Positions 1 through 10,024 of a DNA stretch of 64,000 nt are shown here, piece by piece (the first letter of the stretch is position 1; every line of letters begins with the position of its first letter). The notes beneath the pieces were generated by a model. The model had not been told where the DNA came from, did not search any database, and was given only the letters and a program-made list of their open reading frames with translations. The position numbers and the translations under genes were made by a program. The DNA is from an uncultured Actinomycetes bacterium (lineage in GTDB: Bacteria > Actinomycetota > Thermoleophilia > UBA2241), in NCBI GenBank assembly GCA_963709345.1, contig CAVPVX010000004.1, forward strand, positions 160,001 to 224,000. Direction: 5' to 3'.

Positions 1-1
1 C

Positions 2-559
2 GAGGCGTTCGGTTCGTCGCCGCGGACGCTGGTGAGCGGTGTGACCGACTGCACGACGGGGATGGCGCGGTACTACGCGCAGCGCGACCGCGACCCGCGC
101 TGGTACGTGCACACCCTCCAGCGCGCGAGCTGCAGCCTGCCGGTACTGTCGCCGCCGGTGCTGGTGGATGGGACCCCGTGCGTGGATGGTGGCGTGGCTG
201 ACTCCATCCCGATCCGGCGGGCGCTCCAGGACGGCAACCCGCGTAGCGTCGTGGTTCTGACGCGCAACGCGGGGTATCGCAAGCCGCCACCGCGGCTCCG
301 CGGCCTGGGCCGGGTGCTGTTGCGGCGCTACCCGGCCCTCTACGCCGCGATGCTCCGCCGGCCCACCGTGTACAACGCGTCGCTCGACCTGGTGGAGCGG
401 ATGGAGCGGGCCGGCTCGGCCTTCGTCCTCCGGCCTGTCCGCCCCCTGGTGGTCGGCCGTCTCGAGCGCGACCGCGGTCATCTCGAGGGCCTGTACCGTC
501 AGGGCTACGACGAGACCATGGTGCGGATGGGCGAGCTCGAGGCCTGGCTGAGGGGGTAG
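2..559 (+). CDS. Patatin-family phospholipase, C-terminal part (5' end outside window)
   Basis: Frame open from position 2. Contains 'RASCSLP', the 'DGG' motif (VDGGVADSIP) and 'VVVLTRNAGYRK', typical of patatin/DUF6363 proteins. Confidence 0.85.
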   Translation, partial: EAFGSSPRTLVSGVTDCTTGMARYYAQRDRDPRWYVHTLQRASCSLPVLSPPVLVDGTPCVDGGVADSIPIRRALQDGNPRSVVVLTRNAGYRKPPPRLRGLGRVLLRRYPALYAAMLRRPTVYNASLDLVERMERAGSAFVLRPVRPLVVGRLERDRGHLEGLYRQGYDETMVRMGELEAWLRG

Positions 560-565
560 CCGGAG

Positions 566-599
566 GCCGGCGGGATGCAGTCCGGGGATTCCCGCCGGC
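566..599. terminator. GC-rich hairpin between convergent genes
   Basis: GCCGGCGGGA (566-575) pairs with TCCCGCCGGC (590-599); no U-tract. Confidence 0.4.
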
Positions 600-641
600 G
601 CTCCGCACGCCCGCCTCACCGGGTGACCCCGCCGCGCCGAG

Positions 642-990
642 CTACGATCGCGTTTGGAACTCGACGATGTTGCCCTCCGGATCGGTGACGTGGCACCAGG
701 TGACGCTCGCCCCGCTCGACGTCGTGAGCGTCACGATCTCCCCGACCGGCGCCCCCCCGGCCGACAGCGCCTCACGACGCGCATCGTCCACCGAGGGCAC
801 CAGGGAGGCCAGATGGGCCAGCCCGGGGTGGTCCACCGCCGGCGCCGGGCCGCCGGCGATCGGGTCGAAGCTGCAGATCTCCAGCGTGGGGCCATCGGGG
901 CCGCCGCCGGGCAGTCGCAGGTCGATGCCCTTGAGCGCGGCCCCTGCGATGCGCGTCCCCGCCTCCAGAGCCGGGCCGGAATTGTCGAGC
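642..990 (-). pseudogene. VOC/glyoxalase-family protein, 5'-truncated
   Basis: Frame reads '...LRLPGGGPDGPTLEICSF...HPGLAHLA...DPEGNIVEFQ'. An in-frame stop near 1000 lies upstream, and the N-terminal half is missing. Confidence 0.7.
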
Positions 991-1074
991 GTTCGTAGTC
1001 ATGGCCGCAACCATTCAGCAACCCAGGTCTCTGTGATCTGACAGGCCTCGGCGGGTCTTCCCAATCTCACGCGG

Positions 1075-1133
1075 TATACTTGTCCCCCTCGTGGGCCGCT
1101 AGCTCAGTTGGGAGAGCGCCGCCTTTGCACGGC
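1075..1133 (+). repeat. 5' half of tRNA-Ala(UGC) with its -10 box and leader (copy of 9931-9989)
   Basis: TATACTTGTCCCCCTCGT-GGGCCGCTAGCTCAGTTGGGAGAGCGCCGCCTTTGCACGGC matches the intact tRNA locus with 2 mismatches and stops in the anticodon stem. Confidence 0.9.
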
Positions 1134-1284
1134 TCGCCGAGCGGTCAACGTTCCCCTCAAGACGCAAGAGACGCACGAGATCGGCGAACTCGCCGATGCC
1201 GTCGGGATGCGCGCTTGACAGGTTGCACGCCATATCAGAGCCCCCTGGGGGTCGTCCGGGGCGGCGACGCGCCCGTGGCGCGGC

Positions 1285-2021
1285 TCAGTCGGCGCCGAGG
1301 TACGCCTCTTTGACGTGCGGGTCCTGCAGCAGCGCTGAGGCCTCATCCGTGAGCGTGACCCGCCCCGTTTCGAGCACGTAGCCCCGGTGTGAGATCTCGA
1401 GCGCCACGTGCGCGTTCTGCTCGACCAGAAGGATCGTCGTGCCCTGGGCGTTGATCTCCTTCACGATGTCGAAGATGCGCTCGACGAGCATGGGCGCGAG
1501 GCCCATCGAGGGCTCGTCGAGCATCAGCAGCTTGGGGCCGGCCATGAGCGCCCGGCCCATGGCGAGCATCTGCTGCTCTCCGCCCGACAGGGTGCCGCCG
1601 GGCTGCGCCTCTCGCTCCCTGAGCACGGGGAAGAGGTCGAAGACGCGCTCGAAGTCCGCCTTGAGGTCCTGGCGCGGGCGCGAGAAGGCGCCCATCTCGA
1701 GGTTCTCTCGCACGGACATGCGGGGAAGATCTTGCGGCCTTCGGGAGCCTGGGAGAGGCCCCGGGTCACGACCTCGTAGGCGGGTACGCCGGCGAGGGCC
1801 TGACCCGCGTAGCTGATCGTGCCGGTGCGCGGGCGCAGCAGGCCCGAGATGGCGTTCAGGGTGGTGGTCTTGCCGGCGCCGTTCGCGCCGATGAGCGTGA
1901 CGATCTCGCCCTCGCGGATCTCGAGCGACACGCCCTTGATGGCCTCGATGTTGCCGTAGAAGACGTGGATGTCCCGGACCTCGAGGAGCGCGCCCGAGTC
2001 CTGGGGCGCCGCGGCGCTCAT
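1285..2021 (-). CDS. livF: Branched-chain amino acid ABC transporter ATPase (one frameshift near 1722)
   Basis: Walker [10 protein letters not shown] lies in one frame; LSGGEQQM and LDEPS lie in another. One extra C in the C-run restores '[11 protein letters not shown]'. Confidence 0.9.
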
Positions 2022-2839
2022 GCGGCGCCCTTGCCGAGATACGCCTCGATCACCTTGGGGTCGGCGCGCACCGCCTCGGGGGTGCCCTCGGCGATCTTCT
2101 CGCCGTGGTCCAGTACGACGACGCGGTCGGAGCTGCCCATGACCACCTTCATGTCGTGTTCGATCAGGATGATGGTCATCCCCTCGTCGCGGATCCTGCG
2201 GATCAGGTCCAGGAGGGCGGCGGTCTCCTGCGGGTTCATGCCCGCCGCCGGCTCGTCGAGGAACAGCACCGTGGGCTCGGTGGCCAGGGCGCGCGCTATC
2301 TCGAGCCGCCGCTGTGAGCCGTAGGGCAGGTTCTTGGCGAGCTCCCCGGCATGCCCCGAGAGGCCGACGTACTCGATGAGTCCCATGCTCTTGTCCCGGA
2401 CGGCGCGCTCTGAGCGCTTCGCGCCCGGTGTGCGCGCGATGATGCTCAGCATGTTCGTGTGCGACCGGCAGTGCTGGCCGACCATCACGTTCTCGAGCGC
2501 CGTCATCTCGTTGAACAGCCGGATGTTCTGGAAGGTGCGTGCGATTCCCAGCTTGGTGACCTTGGACGGAAGCATGCCGGCGATGTCGTGGTCTCTGAAG
2601 CGGATGGATCCGGACGTGGGCGGGTAGACGCCGGTGATGGCGTTGAAGAGGGTCGTCTTGCCGGCTCCGTTGGGGCCGATGAGGCCGACGATCTCGTTCT
2701 CGCCCGCGTGGAAGTCGACCTTGTTGACGGCCACGAGACCGCCGAAGGCCTTGATGAGCTGCGTGGTCTCGAGCACGCACGCACGCTCCCTGGGGGCGGC
2801 CGGTGTGGCGGCCGCGGTCATGTCGTCAGTTGCCGGCAT
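2018..2839 (-). CDS. livG: Branched-chain amino acid ABC transporter ATPase
   Basis: [43 protein letters not shown]. Confidence 0.95.
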   Translation of the reverse strand: MPATDDMTAAATPAAPRERACVLETTQLIKAFGGLVAVNKVDFHAGENEIVGLIGPNGAGKTTLFNAITGVYPPTSGSIRFRDHDIAGMLPSKVTKLGIARTFQNIRLFNEMTALENVMVGQHCRSHTNMLSIIARTPGAKRSERAVRDKSMGLIEYVGLSGHAGELAKNLPYGSQRRLEIARALATEPTVLFLDEPAAGMNPQETAALLDLIRRIRDEGMTIILIEHDMKVVMGSSDRVVVLDHGEKIAEGTPEAVRADPKVIEAYLGKGAA

Positions 2840-3968
2840 CGGACCATACCTGTCGCTCGCGGTCGGCCTCGTCCTTACTGCCGGGCCGCATCTCCAGCTT
2901 GACGCGGAGCGAGCCGAGCAGGCCCTGCGGCCGGAAGACCATCAGGAGCACGAGCACGAGGCCCATGGCGATGCCGCGGGTCTCGGGATGTGTCTGCACG
3001 AAGGCGAAGTCGCGCAGCCACTCCTGCAGGCCGATCCAGATGGTCGCTCCGAGCACGGGACCGGCGATGTTGCCCATGCCGCCGAGGACGACGAGGCTCA
3101 GGATGAGGAACGACTCCATGAGCATGAAGCTGCTCGGCGAGATGTAGTTCAGGTAGTGGCCGAAGAAGACGCCCATGGTGCCAGCGAAGAAGGCGCCGGT
3201 CGCGTACGAGAGGAGCTTGTAGCGCGACGTGTGGATGCCCATGGCCTCGGCCGCGACCTCGTCCTCGCGGATCGCGGTCCAGGCGCGGCCGATGCGCGAG
3301 CGCACGATACGGGAGATGCACCACAGGCAGATGAGCGCCAGCACGAGCCCGAGGTAGTAGAGACTGCGCTGCGTGCTGAAGGCGAAGCCGAAGAACTCCG
3401 GCTTGGGGATCCCTGGGATGCCCGAGGGTCCCCGCGTGAGGCCAACCCAGTTGTTGGCGACGATGCGGATGATCTCTCCGAACCCGAGCGTCATGATGGC
3501 GAGGTAGTCGCCGCGCACGCGCAAGGTCGGGTAGCCGATGAGCACGCCGGCGAGCGCCGCCAGCAGCCCGCCGACGACGAAGTTGACCCACGTGAGCCAC
3601 CAGTAGGCGTCGATGTCGACGCCGAACTTCGCCTTGAGCACCAGGTTGAAGATGATCGCCGTGTAGTAGGCGCCGATGGCGTAGAAGGCCACGTAGCCCA
3701 GGTCGAGCAGGCCGGTGAAGCCGACGACGATGTTGAGCCCGGAGGCCAGCACGATGTAGATGACGACGACCGTCATCAGCGTGATCCAGCGGTTGGAGCC
3801 CACCAGGAACGGCAGGAGGACGGCCACCGCGAGCAGCCCGATCAGAAGGGCGCGCTGCCAGCGCGGAGTGCCGTCGCCGGTGAGAGCCGAGGCGATGGGG
3901 TTGAGCCGGGTCTGCAGACGCGTGGGTCCGCTCCCGTTCGCGGCGTCGTTCTGTGGCCGGTCGCTCAT
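2826..3968 (-). CDS. livM: Branched-chain amino acid ABC transporter permease
   Basis: GLNIVVGFTGLLDLGY, LRVRGDYLAIMTLGFGEI, AIREDEVAA. Confidence 0.95.
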   Translation of the reverse strand: MSDRPQNDAANGSGPTRLQTRLNPIASALTGDGTPRWQRALLIGLLAVAVLLPFLVGSNRWITLMTVVVIYIVLASGLNIVVGFTGLLDLGYVAFYAIGAYYTAIIFNLVLKAKFGVDIDAYWWLTWVNFVVGGLLAALAGVLIGYPTLRVRGDYLAIMTLGFGEIIRIVANNWVGLTRGPSGIPGIPKPEFFGFAFSTQRSLYYLGLVLALICLWCISRIVRSRIGRAWTAIREDEVAAEAMGIHTSRYKLLSYATGAFFAGTMGVFFGHYLNYISPSSFMLMESFLILSLVVLGGMGNIAGPVLGATIWIGLQEWLRDFAFVQTHPETRGIAMGLVLVLLMVFRPQGLLGSLRVKLEMRPGSKDEADRERQVWSDAGN

Positions 3969-3969
3969 G

Positions 3970-4908
3970 CTAGGCCTTCTGGGTGATGGTGGAGCCGAGC
4001 AGGCCAGACGGCTTGAACGACAGGATCAGGATCAGGATCACGAACGCGAAGGCGTCGCGGTACTGCGAGCCCATCGGCAGGTAGGCGGAGGCGAGAGCCT
4101 CGATGACGCCGAGCAGCAGACCGCCCAGGAACGCGCCCTTGATGTTGCCGATGCCGCCGAGCACCGCGGCGATGAACGCCTTGAGGCCGGGGTTGAAGCC
4201 CATGAGCGGCCAGGCGGCGTGGTACACGCCGCCGTAGAGGCCGCCGGCGAGCGCGCCCATCGCCGACCCGATCAGGAAGGTCAGGGCGATCACCTTGTTG
4301 ACGTTGACTCCCATGAGCGCGGACGTGTTCTTATCCTGCGCCGAGGCGCGCATGGCGCGCCCCATACGGGTGCGCCGCACGTAGAGGTTGAGCAGCAGCA
4401 TCGCGACCACCGTCACGACCACGACGAACACCTGGAAGTAGGTGATCTGCACGTCGTTCACGACGAACGCCTTGGGCGCTCCTGCCGCGGTGGTGAAGAG
4501 CGGGATGTCCGGGAACGGCACCTGCTGCGAGCCGAAGATGCTCTGGGCGACGTTCTGCAGAAGGATGGACACGCCGATGGCCGAGATGAGCGCGGCCAGG
4601 CGAGGTGCGTTGCGCAGCGGCCGGTAGGCGAGGCGCTCGATGACGACGCCCATGATTCCGACGACCACCATGGCGATGAGGATGGCGAGGAAGAAATCGA
4701 GCCCCGGCATGCCTACCGCATGGCCGAACAGCGAGATCTCGTCCGACATCATCATGATGGTGATGAAGGCGCCGAACATGAAGAGCTCGCCGAAGGCGAA
4801 GTTGATGAGCTCGATGATGCCGTACACCATCGTGTAGCCGACGGCGATGAGGGCGTAGAGGCAGCCGATCATCAGGCCGTTGACGAGTTGCTGGGTCAGT
4901 TCGCTCAC
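3970..4908 (-). CDS. livH: Branched-chain amino acid ABC transporter permease
   Basis: QQLVNGL..G..YALIAVGYTMVYG, INFA, KAFIAAVLGGIG. Confidence 0.95.
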   Translation of the reverse strand: MSELTQQLVNGLMIGCLYALIAVGYTMVYGIIELINFAFGELFMFGAFITIMMMSDEISLFGHAVGMPGLDFFLAILIAMVVVGIMGVVIERLAYRPLRNAPRLAALISAIGVSILLQNVAQSIFGSQQVPFPDIPLFTTAAGAPKAFVVNDVQITYFQVFVVVVTVVAMLLLNLYVRRTRMGRAMRASAQDKNTSALMGVNVNKVIALTFLIGSAMGALAGGLYGGVYHAAWPLMGFNPGLKAFIAAVLGGIGNIKGAFLGGLLLGVIEALASAYLPMGSQYRDAFAFVILILILSFKPSGLLGSTITQKA

Positions 4909-4938
4909 GGAGACCTCGAGGTCACTCCGTCGGATGAC

Positions 4939-4983
4939 GGCGGGGAGGGGGGAGGGGCGGCGTATCGCCCACCCCTCCCCGCC
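4939..4983 (-). promoter_or_regulatory. Intercistronic hairpin after the binding-protein gene (mRNA stabiliser or partial terminator)
   Basis: GGCGGGGAGGGG pairs with CCCCTCCCCGCC between livK and livH. Confidence 0.55.
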
Positions 4984-4998
4984 TCGATCCTTCCGTCC

Positions 4999-6183
4999 TT
5001 ACATGGCGGGCTGCTGAGGAGCCGTGACCAGCGAGCCGTCCTGCACGATGACGATGCTGAGCGGCTTGATGACGTCGCCGTTCTCGTCGAAGGTGATGGG
5101 GCCGGAGACGCCCTCGTAGGTGCCGACCTGCGAAAGAGCGTCGTTGATGGCCGTGCGGTCGTTCTTGCCGGCCTTCTCGGCCGCCGCGGCGGCGAGCATG
5201 ACCACGTCGTACGAGTTCGCCACGAACCAGTCCGGGTTCGCGCCGTCGAACTTGGCCTTGTACGCCTCGACGAGCTTCTGCACCGCCGGGTCTTCTTTGG
5301 TGTAGTCGAAGAACGTGGACACCAGCATGCCCTCGACGGCGGCGCCGCCGAGCTTGGGCAGCTCGTCCGAGGCGTAGCCGTCTGAGCCGAGGAGCTGCAC
5401 GTCCATGCCCAGCTCCTTCGCCTGCTGCGCGATCTTGGAGCCCTCGGGGTAGTAGCCGGAGAGGAAGACCAGGTCAGGGCCGGCGCCCTTGATCTTGGTG
5501 AGTTGGGCCTTGAAGTCGGTGTCGCCGGTGGTGTACTGCTCTTTGCCCACGACGGCGCCGCCGGCTGCCTTGACGCCCTCGTCGTACGCGTCGGCGAGGC
5601 CGCGGCCGTAGTCCGAGTTGTCGTACATGATGGCGATCTTCTGCTTGCCCAGCGTCGCGACGCTGTAGTCGGCAAGGCCCTTGCCCTGCACGGCGTCGGT
5701 CATGCAGATGCGCCAGATGTAGGCGCCCAGGTCGGTGATGTCGGGCTGGGTCGCGGACGGGGTGATCATCGTCAGCCCCGCGGGCTCGTACTTGCCGCCG
5801 GCGGCGATGGTCGCGCCGGAGAACTGGTGGCCGTCGACGACGACGATCTCGGTGTCGTCGATGAACTTCTGTGCGACGAGCACGGCTTCCTTGGGGTCGC
5901 CGAGGTCGTCACCGAGGGCGATCGACACTTCGCCGCCGTTGACGCCGCCGGCGGCGTTGAGCTCTTCCATGGCGAGCTCGGCGCCGGCCTTGTGCGACGC
6001 GCCGTAGGTGGCGTACTGACCCGTCATGGGGCCCGCCACGCCGATCTTGAACGGCACGCTGGCGGCGGTGTCGCCACCGTCACCCTCATCGCCGCCGCCA
6101 CAGGCGGCGAGCGCCACCGATGCCAGCGTCAGCGCGAGTACGACCACAAGCGCGAGCGCGAGCTTCCTGTATGTCTTGTCCAC
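4999..6183 (-). CDS. livK: Branched-chain amino acid ABC transporter substrate-binding lipoprotein
   Basis: Lipobox LAAC, KIGVAGPMTG, DDLGDPKEA, DFKAQLTKIK. Confidence 0.92.
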   Translation of the reverse strand: MDKTYRKLALALVVVLALTLASVALAACGGGDEGDGGDTAASVPFKIGVAGPMTGQYATYGASHKAGAELAMEELNAAGGVNGGEVSIALGDDLGDPKEAVLVAQKFIDDTEIVVVDGHQFSGATIAAGGKYEPAGLTMITPSATQPDITDLGAYIWRICMTDAVQGKGLADYSVATLGKQKIAIMYDNSDYGRGLADAYDEGVKAAGGAVVGKEQYTTGDTDFKAQLTKIKGAGPDLVFLSGYYPEGSKIAQQAKELGMDVQLLGSDGYASDELPKLGGAAVEGMLVSTFFDYTKEDPAVQKLVEAYKAKFDGANPDWFVANSYDVVMLAAAAAEKAGKNDRTAINDALSQVGTYEGVSGPITFDENGDVIKPLSIVIVQDGSLVTAPQQPAM

Positions 6184-6274
6184 GTTGCCTCCCCCGGAAT
6201 GGATGACCGCGAGCCTCAGCCATGTATGCGCGTGCGCGACAGGTTTAGCCTAGCCCGACAGTCGGTTGCAGCGC

Positions 6275-6304
6275 AGTCTAGATGTGAGGTGAATGGGCAG
6301 TCAA
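6275..6304 (-). promoter_or_regulatory. Sigma70-type promoter of the liv operon
   Basis: Minus strand TTGACT-N18-TAGACT upstream of livK. Confidence 0.65.
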
Positions 6305-7019
6305 GAAACGTACATCTTAGGAGTGCACGCGCGGGCTGCGGAGTGAGGCGATGTGCTTGAGGTGTCGGACCCCGTGAAGCGCCGCGGTGTGGAACGGCGG
6401 CGGCCTGTGGCTCGCCGGGCGGCCGTCCGCCGTGGTCCCGCCGGTCAGGCCGCCCTGCGCGTGTGGACGCCCCCGGCGAACTCCTCGACGATCCCAGGCC
6501 CAGTCTTCGTCCGCGACGGAAGCGACGTTGGCGACCCAGTTCGCCTTCTCCAACTCGTTATTGGGGCACCGTTGAATCTCATCCGCGGCTCACACAGGGT
6601 CGGAACCAACGACGCCGCTATCTGAGACGTGGCTCGTCAATGTTTGGCCATCCCAGTAGCGCATCTCGTGGCGTGAGCGTGGGTCCGGGTACCAAGCGGC
6701 AGGAGTAGAAGCCGCGGCCGACGAGCCGAGTAGCGCAGCCTTCTCGCAGGCGAGCACCTCGGTGTCAAGACCCCCGATTCACGCAACTGGGCTGGTTTTG
6801 CGAGCTCGTCGGCTTTCGAGAGCTGCTGTGGCACGGCTGCGGATGCTTGCTGCGCAGTTCGTATCTGAGCTTGCTGCTGCTGATACTGATCAACGAATGA
6901 ATAGAGGTAGGTCTGAAGTTCCCGACTTCTCTTGGGTCACCCCCTGTCCCCGCCCCACCGTCACCCGGTCGTGCACAGAGCGATGAGGTCTCAACCGCGA
7001 CCTCTCTCAGAGACCTGCT

Positions 7020-7388
7020 AGACCCGGCCGCCTCAGCGAGATGGAGATGGACCTCATCCGTGGGCATGCGGCCGCGAGCGCCGCACTCATCGCCGGCATC
7101 GCGTTCGGCGGTCCGGTGGCGGCCGTCGTGAACCAGCACCACGAGCGCCTCGATGGCTCCGGCTACCCCCAAGGGTTCACCGGCGCGGACATCCTTCCCG
7201 AAGCCCGCATCCTTGCGGTCGCCGACGTCGTCGAGGCGATGGCGAGTCACCGGCCCTACCGCGCCGCCCTCGGCATGGAGGTCGCTCTCGCCGAGGTGCG
7301 CGAGCACGCCGGCGAGAAGTACGACACCGATGTGGTCGCGGTCTGCAGCCGGCTCTTCGAGGAGCAGGGCTTCCAGTTCACGCCGTGA
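7020..7388 (+). pseudogene. HD-GYP domain fragment (5'-truncated)
   Basis: HHERLDGSGYP and ADVVEAMASHRPYR present; the N-terminal HD motif is absent. Confidence 0.8.
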
Positions 7389-7640
7389 GGTGACGGCCCT
7401 GCGGCAGGCCTGCCCCGACTTCCACCTGACCGTCGAGGACCTCGCCGTCGACGGCGAGGAGGTCTGGCTGAGGATGAGGGGCTCGGGCACCAACGACGGC
7501 CCCTCCGTGGGCCACCCGCCGAGCGGTCGGAAGATGCAGATCGACGTCTTCGACGTGCTTCGCTTCCAGCACGGTCGCATGGTCGAGCACTGGGGCGTGT
7601 CCGACCGCCTCACGGCTCTCCTCCAGTTGGGGGCATACGC
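7385..7640 (+). pseudogene. SnoaL-like ester cyclase fragment
   Basis: 'PDFHLTVEDLAVDGEEVWLR...GHPPSGRK...DVLRFQHGRMVEHWGVSDRLTALLQLGA' is the C-terminal half only. Confidence 0.7.
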
Positions 7641-7740
7641 CGGCGCCGGGCGCGTCTGCTCCTTCCGCCGGCGTCGTTCTGAGACGTGGGTCTGGGGGAA
7701 TACCGGGATGAGTCTGGCACAGGAAGTGGGGAGGTGTTTC

Positions 7741-8226
7741 ATGGAAGAGTCAGAGACGATGCGGGCCAGGGCCACCGAGGCGCTATGGGTGCCGGCGGGT
7801 GACGATGTGGACGGGGAGCGGCGCGGGCTCGGCATCAGCGTGATCAGCTTCAAGGTGACACCGCGCGACGGCCTCGATCTGCTGGTCCTGGAGAACACCT
7901 TCCACGCGCCCGGCGGGCCGCCCCGCCACCTGCACGAAGAGCAAGAGGAGGTCTTCTACGCGCTGGACGGGGAGTTCGTGATCGAGATCGGCGACGAGCG
8001 GCGTAGCCTCAGGCCAGGTGACGTTGTGCTGGCTCCCCGCCAAGTGCCCCACGTCTGGGCGTCGGTCGGCGATGCAGGGCGGATCCTGATCACCTTCTCG
8101 CCGGCAGGGCGGATGGAGGGCTTCTTCCGGGAGGTCACGAGCCAAGACGCGATGCCCGGACAGGACCCCGAGTTGTGGCGCAGGCATGGCATGCGCATCG
8201 TCGGGCCGCCGCTCGAGCTAGGGTGA
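7741..8226 (+). CDS. Cupin domain protein
   Basis: GGPPRHLHEEQEEVFY and PRQVPH cupin motifs; GGAGG RBS upstream. Confidence 0.8.
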   Translation: MEESETMRARATEALWVPAGDDVDGERRGLGISVISFKVTPRDGLDLLVLENTFHAPGGPPRHLHEEQEEVFYALDGEFVIEIGDERRSLRPGDVVLAPRQVPHVWASVGDAGRILITFSPAGRMEGFFREVTSQDAMPGQDPELWRRHGMRIVGPPLELG

Positions 8227-8312
8227 GAGCTTCACGTTTCCTGCAGATTCAGCAATTTGTGGTACCCTTTGCCGAGCCGCTGCAGAGCGAAATCCCTGCA
8301 AATCGTCAAAAT

Positions 8313-8421
8313 GCCCTCGTAGCTCAGAGGATAGAGCACAGGCTTCCCAAAGCCGTAGCCTGCGGGCCGATTCGGGTCCATTTGAGGCCAAGACGGGTCA
8401 ATCCTGCTCGATGAGGGCGCC
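8313..8421 (+). pseudogene. Degenerate tRNA remnant (tRNA-Arg(CCU)-like 5' half)
   Basis: GCCCTCG-TA-GCTC-AGAGGATA-GAGC gives an intact D-arm, followed by a damaged anticodon arm and no T-arm. TGAGGGC-G-CC at 8412-8421 could pair as the acceptor stem. Confidence 0.65.
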
Positions 8422-8745
8422 CGCCGAGCGGGGCCGAGCCTGTGGTTTCTCGCCGATTCGGCAGCTTACCTGCAACTTGCGTCGGAGGGTGGACCCGCGG
8501 CCGTCTCGCGAGGCGGAGAGAGCGGCAGTCTCAATGACGTCCCTCATGCAGCGAAATCGGCGCGCTGTGAGCCGGTCCCGCACCGCGCGCCGCCGCGAAG
8601 CTCAGGGAGAAGCCGGCTCAGGCGAACCCGAGGCGCTCACGCCCCAGTCCTTCAGGATCACGTCGAGCACGAACTGCGCCATCCGCCCGCAGCGCTGGCG
8701 CGCGTCAGGTTGGTTCGCTTGCTCACCGTCGCACGTTGCCCGTTG

Positions 8746-9663
8746 CTAGGACTTCCGCTGGAGCCAATCTCCGATGAGTTCCAGCACGCGTGAGTCCACC
8801 GGCATCACCATCTGCTGCTTGTAGTCGGCCAGGCTGGGTTCGTGAGCGTCTGCGCGCAGGATGTGCGTCAGGTCGCTGACCTCGTGGTACTCGAAGTCGC
8901 TCTTGACCAGCCCGGCCATGATCTTCAGGTCGTCGGGATCGACCTGGATGTCCTTCGAACCGGTGATTGCGAGAACGGGGACGCCGAGGCGCGAGAGGTC
9001 GTCTGAGGGATCGTAGACCAGGAACTCGCGCATCCACTTCGCATTGAGCTTCCGAACCAGCTGGACGCGCACCCAGTCGCGATCGGTGCGTTTGATCTTG
9101 TTGAGCGCCTTTCTCTGTGACTTTGCAACGTCGATGTGAAGGATGTCGATCAGCCACTTGTTGAGTCCCCGCAGGCCCTGCGCGACGCGCTGTGCCTGCC
9201 AGACCAGGGTCTCTTCCCCCGAGTGGGCCGTGCCGGCCAGGAGAATCGCGCCGGCCATGGGCGCTCCTGCCCCCGCGAGCCGTGTCGCAAGAAGTGCACC
9301 CTCACTGTGGCCGAGCACGAACACCCGAGCAGGGTCGACGTCTCCCTGGGACCGGAGCCACGACAGAGCCGCCGTGGCGTCTGTCACGCCGTCATTGAAA
9401 CCGGTCGTCCAGTAGTCACCCTCACTGGCTCCCACGCCGCGCTTGTCGAAGCGGAAGCTGGCGAAGTCGCGCGGCGCCAAGTAGGCGGCGAGCTGAGGGA
9501 ACGCGTCGATGCGGAGCTTCCCGGCGTTGTCGTCTCTGTCGATCTGGCCTGAGCCCGGGAGCATGAGCACCGCTGCGAACGGTCCGGGGCCGGCGGGCAC
9601 CACGAACGAACCGGCCAGTCGCAGGTCGTCCGACTTGAATGTGACCTCGCGCTCTGCCGCCAT
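8746..9663 (-). CDS. Alpha/beta hydrolase (serine aminopeptidase S33-like)
   Basis: PGSGQIDRD, DKRGVG, nucleophile GHSEG, KDIQV, LTH. Confidence 0.88.
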   Translation of the reverse strand: MAAEREVTFKSDDLRLAGSFVVPAGPGPFAAVLMLPGSGQIDRDDNAGKLRIDAFPQLAAYLAPRDFASFRFDKRGVGASEGDYWTTGFNDGVTDATAALSWLRSQGDVDPARVFVLGHSEGALLATRLAGAGAPMAGAILLAGTAHSGEETLVWQAQRVAQGLRGLNKWLIDILHIDVAKSQRKALNKIKRTDRDWVRVQLVRKLNAKWMREFLVYDPSDDLSRLGVPVLAITGSKDIQVDPDDLKIMAGLVKSDFEYHEVSDLTHILRADAHEPSLADYKQQMVMPVDSRVLELIGDWLQRKS

Positions 9664-9930
9664 GCTCGACTCCCCTCGGAGCATCGAACTGCCTTACGGC
9701 GACTGTACGTGACCATTCGGGCAGCTGTCGTTTTCCGGCCAAGACTACCGCACCGAGCCTGACGAGCGGGCATGGGTGCTGCGCAGGAATTCGACACACC
9801 CAACGTCCGTATCCTGATCGAACCCGCGCTTCGTCTCCATCGTCTTCCCGGTCTTCACGCGCTGCGTCGCCCTCTGCAACCCTTCTGCACCCCGCGTGGG
9901 TGTCCCTCGGTGTCGGGCAGCATCCTCGGC

Positions 9931-9936
9931 TATACT
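9931..9936 (+). promoter_or_regulatory. -10 box of tRNA-Ala
   Basis: TATACT 12 nt upstream of the tRNA, also preserved in the copy at 1075. Confidence 0.6.
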
Positions 9937-9948
9937 TGTCCCCCTCGT

Positions 9949-10024
9949 GGGCCGCTAGCTCAGCTGGGAGAGCGCCGCCCTTGCACGGCGGAGGTCAGGG
10001 GTTCGAGCCCCCTGCGGTCCACCA
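9949..10024 (+). tRNA. tRNA-Ala (anticodon UGC), CCA encoded
   Basis: Full cloverleaf: GGGCCGC/GCGGTCC acceptor stem with G3:U70, CCGCC-CTTGCAC-GGCGG anticodon arm, AGGGG-TTCGAGC-CCCCT T-arm, ACCA end. Confidence 0.97.

Noticed and set aside
2634-5385. Long antisense ORFs here and throughout the window
   Set aside because: Shadow frames of real genes, expected from high-GC codon usage; they carry no recognisable motifs.
6240-6258. DtxR/IdeR-like box upstream of livK
   Set aside because: Only a partial match to the consensus and no iron-related context.
7153-8226. 357-aa SnoaL-cupin fusion ORF
   Set aside because: Chance read-through across fragments; the cupin has its own RBS and start at 7741.
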